A stretch of DNA of 64,000 nt from a phage. Below, in pieces: positions 47,514 through 56,894 of the stretch. Below the pieces are notes generated by a model. That model had not been told where the DNA came from, did not search any database, and saw only the letters and a program-made list of their open reading frames with translations. Within the stretch, counting starts at the first letter, position 1. Every line of letters starts with the position of its first letter. Location: assembly GCA_018509705.1 (NCBI GenBank), contig GCA_018509705.1_3630.1. One strand, 5' to 3'. The position numbers and the translations under genes are program-made.

Positions 47514-48139
47514 GAGAGCGTCTATTATCCATAGACCAGTCGTTGACACACACAGCTTGCGTTGTATGGGACGATGGAAAGCCTGTTCATAAGGTTGTGT
47601 TACGAACTCAAAGCTCATCTGCAAAAGAGAAGAAACCAGGGACGGTTTCTTTTGCAACAGCTGCTGAGCGTATTGACTGGATCTGCAAACAGGTCAGATA
47701 TTATATCCACACGCACGGCGTTGACACCGTAGTTATGGAAGGGCTTTCCTTTGGATCACGCGGGGATGCCACACGTGAACTGGCTGGGTTGTTTTACGGT
47801 CTTGAAGTTATGCTTTGGGATGCCTTAGCTGATTGTGAAAATGACGGCCTGTTTAAGGTCCACACAGTGACACCAACAACTGCCAAAAAGTTTGCTCGTA
47901 GTCATCTTCCTGAGGAACTTGCTTTCGAGGAGAAGAAAAAGCTTGACAAAAAGACAGGTAAAGAGCATACTGTGAAGAAACCTGTTACGATGGATAAAAA
48001 GTTGATGGTTAAGGCCTGCGAAGTATCTGAACCTGGGTTCCTAGATGGGGTCAATTTGGTACAAGGTAAGGCCGATCTCGCAGATGCTTATTGGATAGGC
48101 AGGGCGCATCTGGAGGGATTATCGCAAAGCGTAAAATAA
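47510..48139 (+). CDS. RuvC-like Holliday-junction resolvase candidate
   Basis: LSIDQSL, VVMEGLSF and ADLADAYWIG segments in RuvC-like order; moderate. Confidence 0.4.
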   Translation: MRERLLSIDQSLTHTACVVWDDGKPVHKVVLRTQSSSAKEKKPGTVSFATAAERIDWICKQVRYYIHTHGVDTVVMEGLSFGSRGDATRELAGLFYGLEVMLWDALADCENDGLFKVHTVTPTTAKKFARSHLPEELAFEEKKKLDKKTGKEHTVKKPVTMDKKLMVKACEVSEPGFLDGVNLVQGKADLADAYWIGRAHLEGLSQSVK

Positions 48140-48696
48140 GAAAGAAAGCTGTCAAAGCCCCCGTTCATAACGGGTGGTTAAAAGATTCTAAGGACATAGC
48201 CAACTTTCGAAAAGAATTGTCAGAGGAGCAGGATGGTCTTGATCCGATCTTGTGCGAGCCACTTCGTAAGCCTTGTTTGGATCATGACCATCTGACTGGT
48301 CGTTGCAGGGGTGTTTTGTCACAATGCACTAATACCTTTGAGGGGTATGTGCTTAAATACTGGATGAAATACTGTAACGAGTATACAGATTGCAGTTTAT
48401 CAGAGGCGTTGCGCCGGATGGCTGACTATTTGGAGAAAGACTACAGCGACTTCCCGCTCCACAAAAACTACAGAGATGATATGACAAAGTTCTTGAGGAG
48501 ATGCTCTAAAGCTACGATCATTGCACGAGCAGAATCAGATCTCAATATTGTCATTAATCCAGAGTGCACCAAGCATGAGGCTATTGAGTTCTACATGCAA
48601 GAGTTTATAAAGAAAACTGAGGAGAGAGATTTCTATGGGGATGAAAAAGGTATTCAATCCTTGCGACTCAGTCCTGATCAGGATGAAATACCGTAA
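48091..48696 (+). CDS. endonuclease VII-like (T4 gp49-type) HNH nuclease
   Basis: CEPLRKPCLDHDHLTGRCRGVLSQCTN motif; track ORF overlaps the upstream gene, true start probably further 3'. Confidence 0.5.
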   Translation: MDRQGASGGIIAKRKIRKKAVKAPVHNGWLKDSKDIANFRKELSEEQDGLDPILCEPLRKPCLDHDHLTGRCRGVLSQCTNTFEGYVLKYWMKYCNEYTDCSLSEALRRMADYLEKDYSDFPLHKNYRDDMTKFLRRCSKATIIARAESDLNIVINPECTKHEAIEFYMQEFIKKTEERDFYGDEKGIQSLRLSPDQDEIP

Positions 48697-48856
48697 CTGG
48701 AAAGGTGTTGTTGCAGATCGCTGCGTTACTGAGCCTAATTTATGGTTTGGCTCTACAGAGTATCATAAAGAAGAGCAGTGGTTGATGCGTGCCTTCGATG
48801 TAGACAAGGGCGAATATCGTGACTTCGCTTTAAAAGACATTCTTCAGTTTTACTAA
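48635..48856 (+). CDS. hypothetical protein
   Basis: ORF track; overlaps the 3' end of the previous ORF in another frame. Confidence 0.25.
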   Translation: MGMKKVFNPCDSVLIRMKYRNWKGVVADRCVTEPNLWFGSTEYHKEEQWLMRAFDVDKGEYRDFALKDILQFY

Positions 48857-48868
48857 GGAATCTTAACG

Positions 48869-49852
48869 ATGATGACAAAGTTAACTCTTGAGCAAATTTT
48901 AACACTAAAGCAACAGGGATACACTAATAGACAAATTGCTCGTGAATTTTTAGGCCGTGAGTCACGTGAGAGCTGGATCCGACTACAGCTTAAACGTGCA
49001 CAAGAGAATATGTCAGAGATTGTAGGAGAAGCAACGGAGCGCTTCCTTGAAGAGCACAAAGGTGCTAAAGTTTGGGTGTATGATACAGAAACATCCCCAA
49101 CAAACGGCTGGTTCTTTGGGCACTATAAGACCAACATTCAAACCTGTGGTATTGAAGTTATGCCCTATATGCTAACTTTCGCAGGTAAGTGGTTAGACAG
49201 CCCTAGTGTGGTTGACTGCGCTCTTCCCGATTACAAAATGTGGGATGAGGATATTCACAATGATCTCGAATTGATTCAGGATTTGTGGTATTATCTGGAT
49301 AAATGTGATGTCGCAGTAGCCCACAATTCAGGTTTTGACTGTGGGTGGGCCAACCAACGATTTGCATTTCACGGGTTGCCTCCAACAAGCCCCTACAAAG
49401 AGGTTGACACCCTTAAAATGATCAAGAAGGCATTCCGTTTGAATGCAAACACTTTGGAGTATGCATGCAAATACTTCCAACTTGCCCGACAGAAACTAAT
49501 TGACCACACATTTGAAATGTGGATCAAGTGTGTTCACGGTGATCTTGAGGCGTTTAAACAGATGCGGGAGTACAATGTTGGTGATATCCTATCTCTGGAA
49601 GGCCTGTATTTGCTGGCTCGACCGTTTGCTAAGCAGCACCCCAACATGTCATTGTACTACCAGGACGAGGAGCCAAAAGTTCGTTGCCCACGCTGTGGTG
49701 GAGAACACCTTCACGAGGAAGAAGCTTTGGCGTATACTCAATTGAGTGCATTTAAAACATACCGCTGCGAAGGTTGTGGATCTGTTGTTCGTGATCGTAA
49801 CAACATCCGTACCAGAGAAGAAATGAAAAACACCCTGATTCAGATAATCTAA
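48869..49852 (+). CDS. DEDD-family 3'-5' exonuclease with N-terminal HTH and C-terminal Cys clusters
   Basis: HTH-like LKQQGYTNRQIAREF; Exo I VWVYDTETSP, Exo II AHNSGFDCGW, Exo III-like HGDLEAF...YNVGD; CPRCGG...CEGCG. Confidence 0.5.
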   Translation: MMTKLTLEQILTLKQQGYTNRQIAREFLGRESRESWIRLQLKRAQENMSEIVGEATERFLEEHKGAKVWVYDTETSPTNGWFFGHYKTNIQTCGIEVMPYMLTFAGKWLDSPSVVDCALPDYKMWDEDIHNDLELIQDLWYYLDKCDVAVAHNSGFDCGWANQRFAFHGLPPTSPYKEVDTLKMIKKAFRLNANTLEYACKYFQLARQKLIDHTFEMWIKCVHGDLEAFKQMREYNVGDILSLEGLYLLARPFAKQHPNMSLYYQDEEPKVRCPRCGGEHLHEEEALAYTQLSAFKTYRCEGCGSVVRDRNNIRTREEMKNTLIQII

Positions 49853-49860
49853 CAATTATA

Positions 49861-49890
49861 GGGAGGCTTGCGCCTCCCTTTTCCTTTTGG
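49861..49890 (+). terminator. hairpin plus T-run terminator
   Basis: gggaggcttgcgcctccc followed by ttttcctttt. Confidence 0.5.
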
Positions 49891-49897
49891 AGGCACT

Positions 49898-50704
49898 TTG
49901 AGCAAGAAAGAGTCCAACGACAAATATTACACAAACCCTGAGTATGCAGAATATCTTGTTGGTAAAGTAAAAGATAAGTATGGGAATTGTGCATACGTTG
50001 AGCCTTCTGCTGGAAGGGGTTCTTTTTCAAAACTATTTTCAGAGATACTGTCGTACGATTTAGTACCAGATCCTGAATTTGAAGGACCAACACCGTGCAT
50101 TCAGGCAAACTTCTTGGAGGTGCATCCCAAGGCAGATGTCTTCATAGGTAACCCACCATTTGGCAAGAATTCATCCTTAGCTTGCAAATTCTTTAACCAT
50201 TGTGCATCATTGCTAGAGATTGGAGGAGCTATAGCCTTCATCTTGCCACGGACATTTGAAAAAATATTTTTTGCAAACAAACTGGACATGTCGATGCATC
50301 TTGTCTACAGCGAAAGGTGCCCTAAGAACTCGTTTTTACTTAATGGCAAACCTTATGACGTGCCATGTGTTTTCCAAATTTGGGAGAAAAAGGCGTGCAA
50401 TAGGGATCCTGTAGAGGTTGGAGAGAATAAGTTATTTTCTTTTAGCACACCAGATGACTACGACTTCTGTGTAAGACGTGTTGGGTATAATGCTGGAAAA
50501 GTACTGGGGGATGATGATCCAAAATCTGAAGAATCTACATATTTCATAAAATCTTTAGTTGACGGTGTTGACAGAGTGTTTGCTGAATGCTATTCTTCTT
50601 TTCAAGAAGAAGCAGGTAAGACTGCTGGAATGAAGAGTATAGGCAAGAAAGAACTACAATACATTTTGGAGACCAGGTATGATCAAAAGCATAGATTTGA
50701 CTAA
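49898..50704 (+). CDS. DNA N6-adenine methyltransferase
   Basis: Motif I-like VEPSAGRGSF and motif IV IGNPPFG; start moved to an in-frame TTG after GGAGG because the track start lies inside the terminator hairpin. Confidence 0.55.
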   Translation: MSKKESNDKYYTNPEYAEYLVGKVKDKYGNCAYVEPSAGRGSFSKLFSEILSYDLVPDPEFEGPTPCIQANFLEVHPKADVFIGNPPFGKNSSLACKFFNHCASLLEIGGAIAFILPRTFEKIFFANKLDMSMHLVYSERCPKNSFLLNGKPYDVPCVFQIWEKKACNRDPVEVGENKLFSFSTPDDYDFCVRRVGYNAGKVLGDDDPKSEESTYFIKSLVDGVDRVFAECYSSFQEEAGKTAGMKSIGKKELQYILETRYDQKHRFD

Positions 50705-51137
50705 AGAACTTACTGATGCAAAAGCTTTTGGTGAGACAGCGGTACAAAGGGGGCAGGCGATGGGACTGGCACTACCTTTCGTCTTAAAAGAGCACTTTAC
50801 CGATTTTCAACTTATCAAGGGTGATAAGGGAATGCTTATCCTGGAGCATAAGTTGAGTAAGAAACGCTATAAAGTTGTTTTTAATTCTAAAGCTCCAACA
50901 AAACTGGGATTCAGAACTTACAATCTTAACCCATCCTACACTAAGGGTGTTGGAAGGGTAGAACAACAGCATTTCAGTGCCAGAGCTTCTTTAGCCCCTT
51001 TGATGCTAAATTTCTCAGGGGTGGCTTTAGGATACCTTGATAAGAAAAGAGTTCTTCATGTCCGTTTCACAGACTTTGTAACGCTTTTAGCTAACAACGA
51101 GGTTGATGAAAAGGGACGTGTAAAAACAAACTTCTAA
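50679..51137 (+). CDS. hypothetical protein
   Basis: ORF track. Confidence 0.3.
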   Translation: MIKSIDLTKELTDAKAFGETAVQRGQAMGLALPFVLKEHFTDFQLIKGDKGMLILEHKLSKKRYKVVFNSKAPTKLGFRTYNLNPSYTKGVGRVEQQHFSARASLAPLMLNFSGVALGYLDKKRVLHVRFTDFVTLLANNEVDEKGRVKTNF

Positions 51138-51152
51138 TAACGCATAGTATGA

Positions 51153-51356
51153 TTGGAGGCCACAATGACACTAAAGTTAACAATTCCAGACAGCTTTTCA
51201 GAAAACTTTATCCCAGAAATGATGGGTAAGATGCGATCATTGCTTGATCAGATTGAGGAAGCTGTTTGGGAAGACGATGCTGTAGTGGCTAACGAGCTGG
51301 TAGATAAGTGTAAAAGTATTATTGATGCAGTTGAAGAATACCACGGAGGTTTTTGA
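51153..51356 (+). CDS. hypothetical small protein
   Basis: ORF track. Confidence 0.25.
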   Translation: MEATMTLKLTIPDSFSENFIPEMMGKMRSLLDQIEEAVWEDDAVVANELVDKCKSIIDAVEEYHGGF

Positions 51357-51970
51357 TGGATATTATTGTTCTTAACGCCCCACCTAGCAGTGGCAAGGAT
51401 CACATTGCAGATCTCTTGTTGGAAGCTATTCCTAACTCACACCACCGTGAGGTTAAGGAAATGCTCTTCAGTGTGGCAATTAAGGCAGCTGGTGTAACCC
51501 CTCAACTCTGGAGTGCACTTTATGACCGCCACTACAAGGAAGAGCCTTGCCCTTTCTTAATGATGGACGGCAAGCATGTTTCTCCGCGAGAATGGATGAT
51601 CCATTGTAGTGAAAATCTGATTAAACCTATCTTTGGTGAAGATGCTTTCGGTAAAGCCGCAGTCGCATCTTTGAAGAAAGATTTCCCTGAAGGTAAAGGG
51701 GTTGTTGTTTACTCCGATGGTGGATTCAAAGAGGAGCTGGCATGCCTTAGTGAGTACGCATACAGCACAGGTGGAGATCTGTTGTTGTTCCGTATTCACC
51801 GTGTCGGATATGACTGGGGAAATGATTCCAGAACCTATCTAAGTCTGGAAAAGAACGGAATAAAAGGGATTGAGTTTGATGTTGTAAACCCTGAAGGTGC
51901 ACCTTGGGAATGTGCATCGGAGATTGTGTGCAAGTATATTGATGCTAAAGAGGCCCAAGAAGAATGTTAA
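51353..51970 (+). CDS. deoxynucleoside monophosphate kinase-like protein
   Basis: N-terminal IIVLNAPPSSGKDHIADLL resembles T4 gp1 dNMP kinase (LIFLSGVKRSGKDTTADFI) from memory. Confidence 0.45.
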   Translation: MMDIIVLNAPPSSGKDHIADLLLEAIPNSHHREVKEMLFSVAIKAAGVTPQLWSALYDRHYKEEPCPFLMMDGKHVSPREWMIHCSENLIKPIFGEDAFGKAAVASLKKDFPEGKGVVVYSDGGFKEELACLSEYAYSTGGDLLLFRIHRVGYDWGNDSRTYLSLEKNGIKGIEFDVVNPEGAPWECASEIVCKYIDAKEAQEEC

Positions 51971-52557
51971 TCGGAATTGATGTAGATTTGACACTGGTAG
52001 ATTCAGGAACAGCATGGTGGGAGTGGTTGGAGCGTTTGTATGGTCCAGCCAGTAAGACAGTCGCTAAACCTTCTAACGGGCTGATGTATTACGATCTGTC
52101 AAAGTATTGGCCTGATCGCCCCAAAGAAAACATCATAGGGCCTTTTGATTTCTGGAGTGACCCGTTCCTTTACGACTTTCTTAAGCCTGAAGAGGGGGCT
52201 ATTGAGGTTATGAAAGATTTGGTGGCTCGTGGTCACAAGCTTGCGTTTATCTCGGTATGCAAGAAAGGTCACCTTGCATCTAAATCAAGGTTCTTAAAGC
52301 GTTGGACCAGTGATTTTATGGATCTGGACGATCACACCCAGGGCCACGGATTCTACGCCACACATTTCAAAGGGAATGTGGCTGTAGATGTTATAATTGA
52401 CGACAGGCATGAATACCTGAACCAATTCGCTTCACGACCTGAAGTTATTAAAATCCTAAAAGATACGCCTTATGAGCAATTCGAGGAGTTAAAGGTCAGT
52501 ATTGACTATACCGCTAATAGCTGGTATAAAATAGGAAAGTTTTTAGAAGGTATTTGA
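51964..52557 (+). CDS. HAD-superfamily phosphatase (5'-deoxynucleotidase-like)
   Basis: N-terminal HAD motif I LIGIDVDLTLVD. Confidence 0.45.
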   Translation: MLIGIDVDLTLVDSGTAWWEWLERLYGPASKTVAKPSNGLMYYDLSKYWPDRPKENIIGPFDFWSDPFLYDFLKPEEGAIEVMKDLVARGHKLAFISVCKKGHLASKSRFLKRWTSDFMDLDDHTQGHGFYATHFKGNVAVDVIIDDRHEYLNQFASRPEVIKILKDTPYEQFEELKVSIDYTANSWYKIGKFLEGI

Positions 52558-52558
52558 A

Positions 52559-52759
52559 ATGGGCAGATGTTCTAAAGGTGGCGATCCTGTAGTCAGATAC
52601 GGAGACTGGCTAGAGGTATATAATCTGGAGGGAAAGCTAGTGTATGCTTCCAGGATCACCCAGGATATGTGCTCTGATATGTTTAACAGGTACCTTGCAT
52701 TTAAGGCCAACATAAACCCAGACGAAATTTCCAAAATTAAAACAAGGAGAGCTAAATAA
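52559..52759 (+). CDS. hypothetical small protein
   Basis: ORF track. Confidence 0.25.
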   Translation: MGRCSKGGDPVVRYGDWLEVYNLEGKLVYASRITQDMCSDMFNRYLAFKANINPDEISKIKTRRAK

Positions 52760-53742
52760 TGCTAAAACTGTGCACTGCAAAGATTATTGCTGACAGCATT
52801 TCCGAGAAAGGTAAGTGTATAACCACTTTTGAGCTAGAGTATCCTAGAATCATTCACTCTGAACTCATGACACACCGAGTTTTCAGCAGAAACGCCATGT
52901 CCTCTCGTGCAGTACCTGTTAACAAAATGCTGCAGCAGGTTATGGAAAATCCTGCAATGCCAGTTCGTTTTGGTGTAAACCAGCGAGGTATGGAGGATGG
53001 TGGCGATCACGATCAGAAGATCCGTGTAGAGTATACTGATCTTGAGTTCTCTCCTGAAGAGTTCTGGAAAGAAGCTGCCAAAAATGCAGCCTGGCACGCT
53101 GAGAAGTTTGCTCTTGCTGGATACCATAAGCAGGTGTGTAACCGCTTAGTAGAGCCGTTTCAGCGCATGAAAACAGTTGTAACAAGCACCGAGTGGAATA
53201 ATTTTTTCCACCTCCGTTGCTGGCACGATGCAGATCCTACGATTCAGATGTTGGCTAATTGTATGTGGGAGGCTATGACTAATAGCACTCCTGAAATCCT
53301 TAAACCTGGTCAATGGCACACCCCATATGTAGAGCACATTTATTTGGACGGTGAGTTTAACTATGCTGTACGGGATGCAGAAGGAAAGCTCTGCGTTCTC
53401 AATACTGAAGAAGCTCTATCTATTAGTGCGAGCTGTTGTGCACAAGTATCTTATCGCAATATTGACAGCACGTTTGAAAAGGCAGACAATGTGGCTAAAA
53501 AATTGATTGGTGGGGATCGTATTCATGCAAGCCCTTACGAGCACCAGGCAACACCTATGGATCACGATAACGCAATGGAACGTTTAAACTACTACCTGTC
53601 TTCATGTGAGATCACACAAGACATCAGTACTTGGCAGGAAGGTGTAACCCATCAAGACCGTGATGGTAAATTCTGGTCTGCTAACTTTTGTGGGTGGGTT
53701 CAGCACAGACAACTGCTTAATAACCACTTCGTGAAAGGTTAA
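52759..53742 (+). CDS. thyX: flavin-dependent thymidylate synthase ThyX-like
   Basis: ThyX signature region HSELMTHRVFSRNAMSSRA (HR-x7-S; first Arg of canonical RHR replaced by Thr). Confidence 0.65.
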   Translation: MLKLCTAKIIADSISEKGKCITTFELEYPRIIHSELMTHRVFSRNAMSSRAVPVNKMLQQVMENPAMPVRFGVNQRGMEDGGDHDQKIRVEYTDLEFSPEEFWKEAAKNAAWHAEKFALAGYHKQVCNRLVEPFQRMKTVVTSTEWNNFFHLRCWHDADPTIQMLANCMWEAMTNSTPEILKPGQWHTPYVEHIYLDGEFNYAVRDAEGKLCVLNTEEALSISASCCAQVSYRNIDSTFEKADNVAKKLIGGDRIHASPYEHQATPMDHDNAMERLNYYLSSCEITQDISTWQEGVTHQDRDGKFWSANFCGWVQHRQLLNNHFVKG

Positions 53743-53771
53743 TCCTATCACAGCGATAGGTAACTTTTGTG

Positions 53772-53800
53772 TTGACTAATAGTATTAGATAATCTATAAT
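53772..53800 (+). promoter_or_regulatory. strong sigma70-like promoter (TTGACT-17-TATAAT)
   Basis: gTTGACTaatagtattagataatcTATAAT about 25 nt upstream of the 53802 start. Confidence 0.6.
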
Positions 53801-53801
53801 A

Positions 53802-54302
53802 ATGGCTCACTTTGTTAGTGAGCCAGAAATGGAGACAGATATGAGTAATGTTATGATTCCTAAAAAGACATTTATTTCAGTTACTTTGGATTTCCTATCT
53901 ACCGTTCCCGGGTTTAACGTTCGCACACGAAACGGTCTCCGAGCTGCACTCTTTGCCGTAGGGTTTGATTTAAAAAGTATTGATGTTCTTCGTGGAAAAA
54001 ACGTTCGATGCAAAAATAAGCCAACACATTATCGAAAGGCAGATGTATTTGCTGGTGTTATGCGTGCAGACTTTAGATACCCGCAAATGTATAACGGTGT
54101 AGATATTTTAGATGTAGATAAAGCACCTGGTGAGGCAATGCTTGTTCAAGATCTTCCGTATGATATTCCTGTAGAGGATCGTGTTAATGTAAGAAAGTAT
54201 ACAAAACAATCTGAAAAGGCTGAAGATATTCATATTGTTGATGAACCTTTCAATTTTGAAGATCTGCATCGCCTGGAAAAATTATTCGGTATTGAAAGCT
54301 AA
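53802..54302 (+). CDS. hypothetical protein
   Basis: ORF track; strong promoter upstream. Confidence 0.35.
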   Translation: MAHFVSEPEMETDMSNVMIPKKTFISVTLDFLSTVPGFNVRTRNGLRAALFAVGFDLKSIDVLRGKNVRCKNKPTHYRKADVFAGVMRADFRYPQMYNGVDILDVDKAPGEAMLVQDLPYDIPVEDRVNVRKYTKQSEKAEDIHIVDEPFNFEDLHRLEKLFGIES

Positions 54303-54312
54303 GGTGGTGAAG

Positions 54313-54543
54313 ATGAGTCATAACTCCAAGTGGAAGGATCTTGGTTTTGCAAGTCGGGCAGAATATGTTGGTTGGCTTTGGTTCAACGGTCTGACAAACG
54401 ATATTAAAATGTATGATGATGTTTATTATGACGAGTATACAGGTAAAATTATAAATATCTCTGTAGAAGAGGATACCTTTATCCAGCAAGATACTGATAC
54501 CTGCCTTGATAAATACGTTAATGAAGTGGAGGAAGCAAATTGA
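54313..54543 (+). CDS. hypothetical protein
   Basis: Track ORF trimmed to the ATG (MSHNSKWKDL...) preceded by AAGGTGGTGAAG. Confidence 0.3.
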   Translation: MSHNSKWKDLGFASRAEYVGWLWFNGLTNDIKMYDDVYYDEYTGKIINISVEEDTFIQQDTDTCLDKYVNEVEEAN

Positions 54544-56855
54544 TCACCAAGGTAATTAAAAGTAACGGATGTGAAGTGGCATTCGATCCAGAACGTTTAA
54601 ATAAGGCAGCTATTTTCGGTGACGACGGTAACGGCAATTGGTCACATATTGCACTAGATGCATACAAACGACTGTATGATGGATGTACAACCAAAGAAGT
54701 TAACCAAGCTATCATAGACTCCTGTGTTAGCCGTAAAGACGAAGCACATTCTCGTATGGCTGGTCGTGTTCTTATTGGTCAGATTTATAAAGAGGCTTTT
54801 GGAGGGTTTACAAAGATCCCTTCCTTACCATCATTTTACAATACCATGGTTGAGAAAGGGTATTGGGAGGATATGGGTTATAGCTTTACCGAGCTAAACA
54901 CTTTAGACGCTGTTATTGACCACAGTAAAGATCTCGGTTATGGCTATGCAGTCCTTAAACAGTTTCGCGACAAATACGGGATCAAGGATACTCTTAAAGA
55001 CACCCTGTTTGAATCCCCCCAGATGATGTTTATGGGGATAGCAATGGCTGTCATGAAGAATATGCCGAAAGAACGTCGTATCAACGATGTTGTAAAATTA
55101 TACACTTATCTGTCCGACTTAAAGATCAATGCCCCGACACCGTACTTAAACGGGCTGCGCACAGGTAAGACAGGGTATGCATCTTGTTGTGTAATAAAAG
55201 CTGACGATACAGCAAAATCTATTGGTGTGGCACGTGAAGTTGCGTACACAATGACGGTTAACCAAGCAGGTATCGGCTACTACTTATCCTCAAGATCTGC
55301 AGGCGATGGTGTTCGTGGTAACACTATTAAACATATGGGTAAGATTCCATATTATCGAGGTATTGATGCTGGTGTTAAGGAGAACAGACAACAATCACGT
55401 GGCGGTTCTGCAACAGTATCATTCCTTGCACTGGACCCGCAGATTGATGAGCTAATCCGTTTGAGAAACCCTATGACTGTTGCTTCAAAAAGAATCAACA
55501 CCATGGACTACTCCATCGGTATTAATAGGTCGTTTATCAACCGTGTGGCTAAGAATTTAGATTGGATGCTTGTTTCTTATAAGCACGCTCCTCAACTGCA
55601 TGAGGGTATCTTCACCATGTCTATGGAGGAGTTTGATGCAGAGGTTGATCGTATTGCTAAAGATGACAGTATTCCTAAAACATGGATCCGAGCCAGAGAT
55701 CTTGCTGTTGAACTGATCACGCAGCGTACTGAGGTGGGAAGGCTGTATGTATACTGGACAGATGAGATGAATAGACATACACCTTTTAAAGATGTGATCT
55801 ATTCAAGTAACCTGTGTGCAGAAATAGCCCTCCCTACAAAAGGCTATTCAGATATGCGTAATATCTTCAAGTACGATGCTGATGATGGAGAGGTTGCATT
55901 GTGCTTCCTGTCATCTCTTGTAGCTGGAAGGGTTACTCCAGAGGAGTATGAGGATGTTGCATACTACACGGTGCTTATGATTGACAATGTTATGGAAATC
56001 ATGACATATCCGTATGAAAATATGGAAAGCACAGTTAAAAAACGCAGATCCATCGGGGTTGGCCTTACCAATGTTGCACATTTTATTGCCAGCCACAAGG
56101 TTACTTACGGGTCTCCTGAAAGTAAACAGCTCGTTCACGATCTTGCAGAACTTCACAGCTACAGCTTGCATAAGGCAAGTTTACGGTTGGCAAAAGAGCG
56201 TGGTGTCTGCGAGTGGATGCATAAAACAAAATATCCAGAAGGTTGGTTACCAATCGACACCTATAACAAAGAGGTCGATAGCGTGGTGAAAGATCCTTCT
56301 CTTAAGCAGGATTGGGAAGGGTTACGTAAAGAAATCATTGAAAATGGTGGGCTACGTAATAGCGTTCTTGAAGCATATATGCCTAATGAAAGCTCTTCGC
56401 TGGCAACAAACACCACTAACGGGGTCTATCCTGTCCGTGAGCACATTATCTTTAAAAAGTCGCCACAAGGGCAGGTGCTGTTTATCGTTCCTGACTATGA
56501 TGAGTTGAAAGAGTATTACACTTCGGCTTGGGACGTTGATACTAACGACATGATCGATATGTATGCTGTGATTCAAAAATTCACAGGTCAGGCAATCAGC
56601 GCGGATTTATACATAGACTACACCAAGTTGAAAGATGGTAAAATTTCAATGAAGGAGCAGCTAGGTTACCTTATCCGTGCCACTAAATTCGGGATGAAGA
56701 CATGGTATTATTTAAACTCCCGGGTTGGTGCTGGTGACTCCTTGGCAGAGGAACTTCATGCCAAGAAACAGGCTGAAGATGAAACCAGAAAGAACTATCC
56801 TTTGATTGCAGATAGTTCAGTTGAAGATCAGTATTGCGAAAGTTGTGCACTATAA
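54540..56855 (+). CDS. nrdA: ribonucleoside-diphosphate reductase large subunit (class Ia)
   Basis: 771 aa; N-terminal ATP-cone-like VIKSNGCEVAFDPERL; followed directly by the small subunit gene; TTG start overlapping the upstream stop. Confidence 0.8.
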   Translation: MITKVIKSNGCEVAFDPERLNKAAIFGDDGNGNWSHIALDAYKRLYDGCTTKEVNQAIIDSCVSRKDEAHSRMAGRVLIGQIYKEAFGGFTKIPSLPSFYNTMVEKGYWEDMGYSFTELNTLDAVIDHSKDLGYGYAVLKQFRDKYGIKDTLKDTLFESPQMMFMGIAMAVMKNMPKERRINDVVKLYTYLSDLKINAPTPYLNGLRTGKTGYASCCVIKADDTAKSIGVAREVAYTMTVNQAGIGYYLSSRSAGDGVRGNTIKHMGKIPYYRGIDAGVKENRQQSRGGSATVSFLALDPQIDELIRLRNPMTVASKRINTMDYSIGINRSFINRVAKNLDWMLVSYKHAPQLHEGIFTMSMEEFDAEVDRIAKDDSIPKTWIRARDLAVELITQRTEVGRLYVYWTDEMNRHTPFKDVIYSSNLCAEIALPTKGYSDMRNIFKYDADDGEVALCFLSSLVAGRVTPEEYEDVAYYTVLMIDNVMEIMTYPYENMESTVKKRRSIGVGLTNVAHFIASHKVTYGSPESKQLVHDLAELHSYSLHKASLRLAKERGVCEWMHKTKYPEGWLPIDTYNKEVDSVVKDPSLKQDWEGLRKEIIENGGLRNSVLEAYMPNESSSLATNTTNGVYPVREHIIFKKSPQGQVLFIVPDYDELKEYYTSAWDVDTNDMIDMYAVIQKFTGQAISADLYIDYTKLKDGKISMKEQLGYLIRATKFGMKTWYYLNSRVGAGDSLAEELHAKKQAEDETRKNYPLIADSSVEDQYCESCAL

Positions 56856-56859
56856 TTTT

Positions 56860-56885
56860 AAAGGGGCTTCGGCCCCATTTTAGAG
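56860..56885 (+). terminator. hairpin plus T-run between nrdA and nrdB (possible attenuator)
   Basis: ggggcttcggcccc followed by attttag. Confidence 0.4.
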
Positions 56886-56894
56886 GTTAGAATA

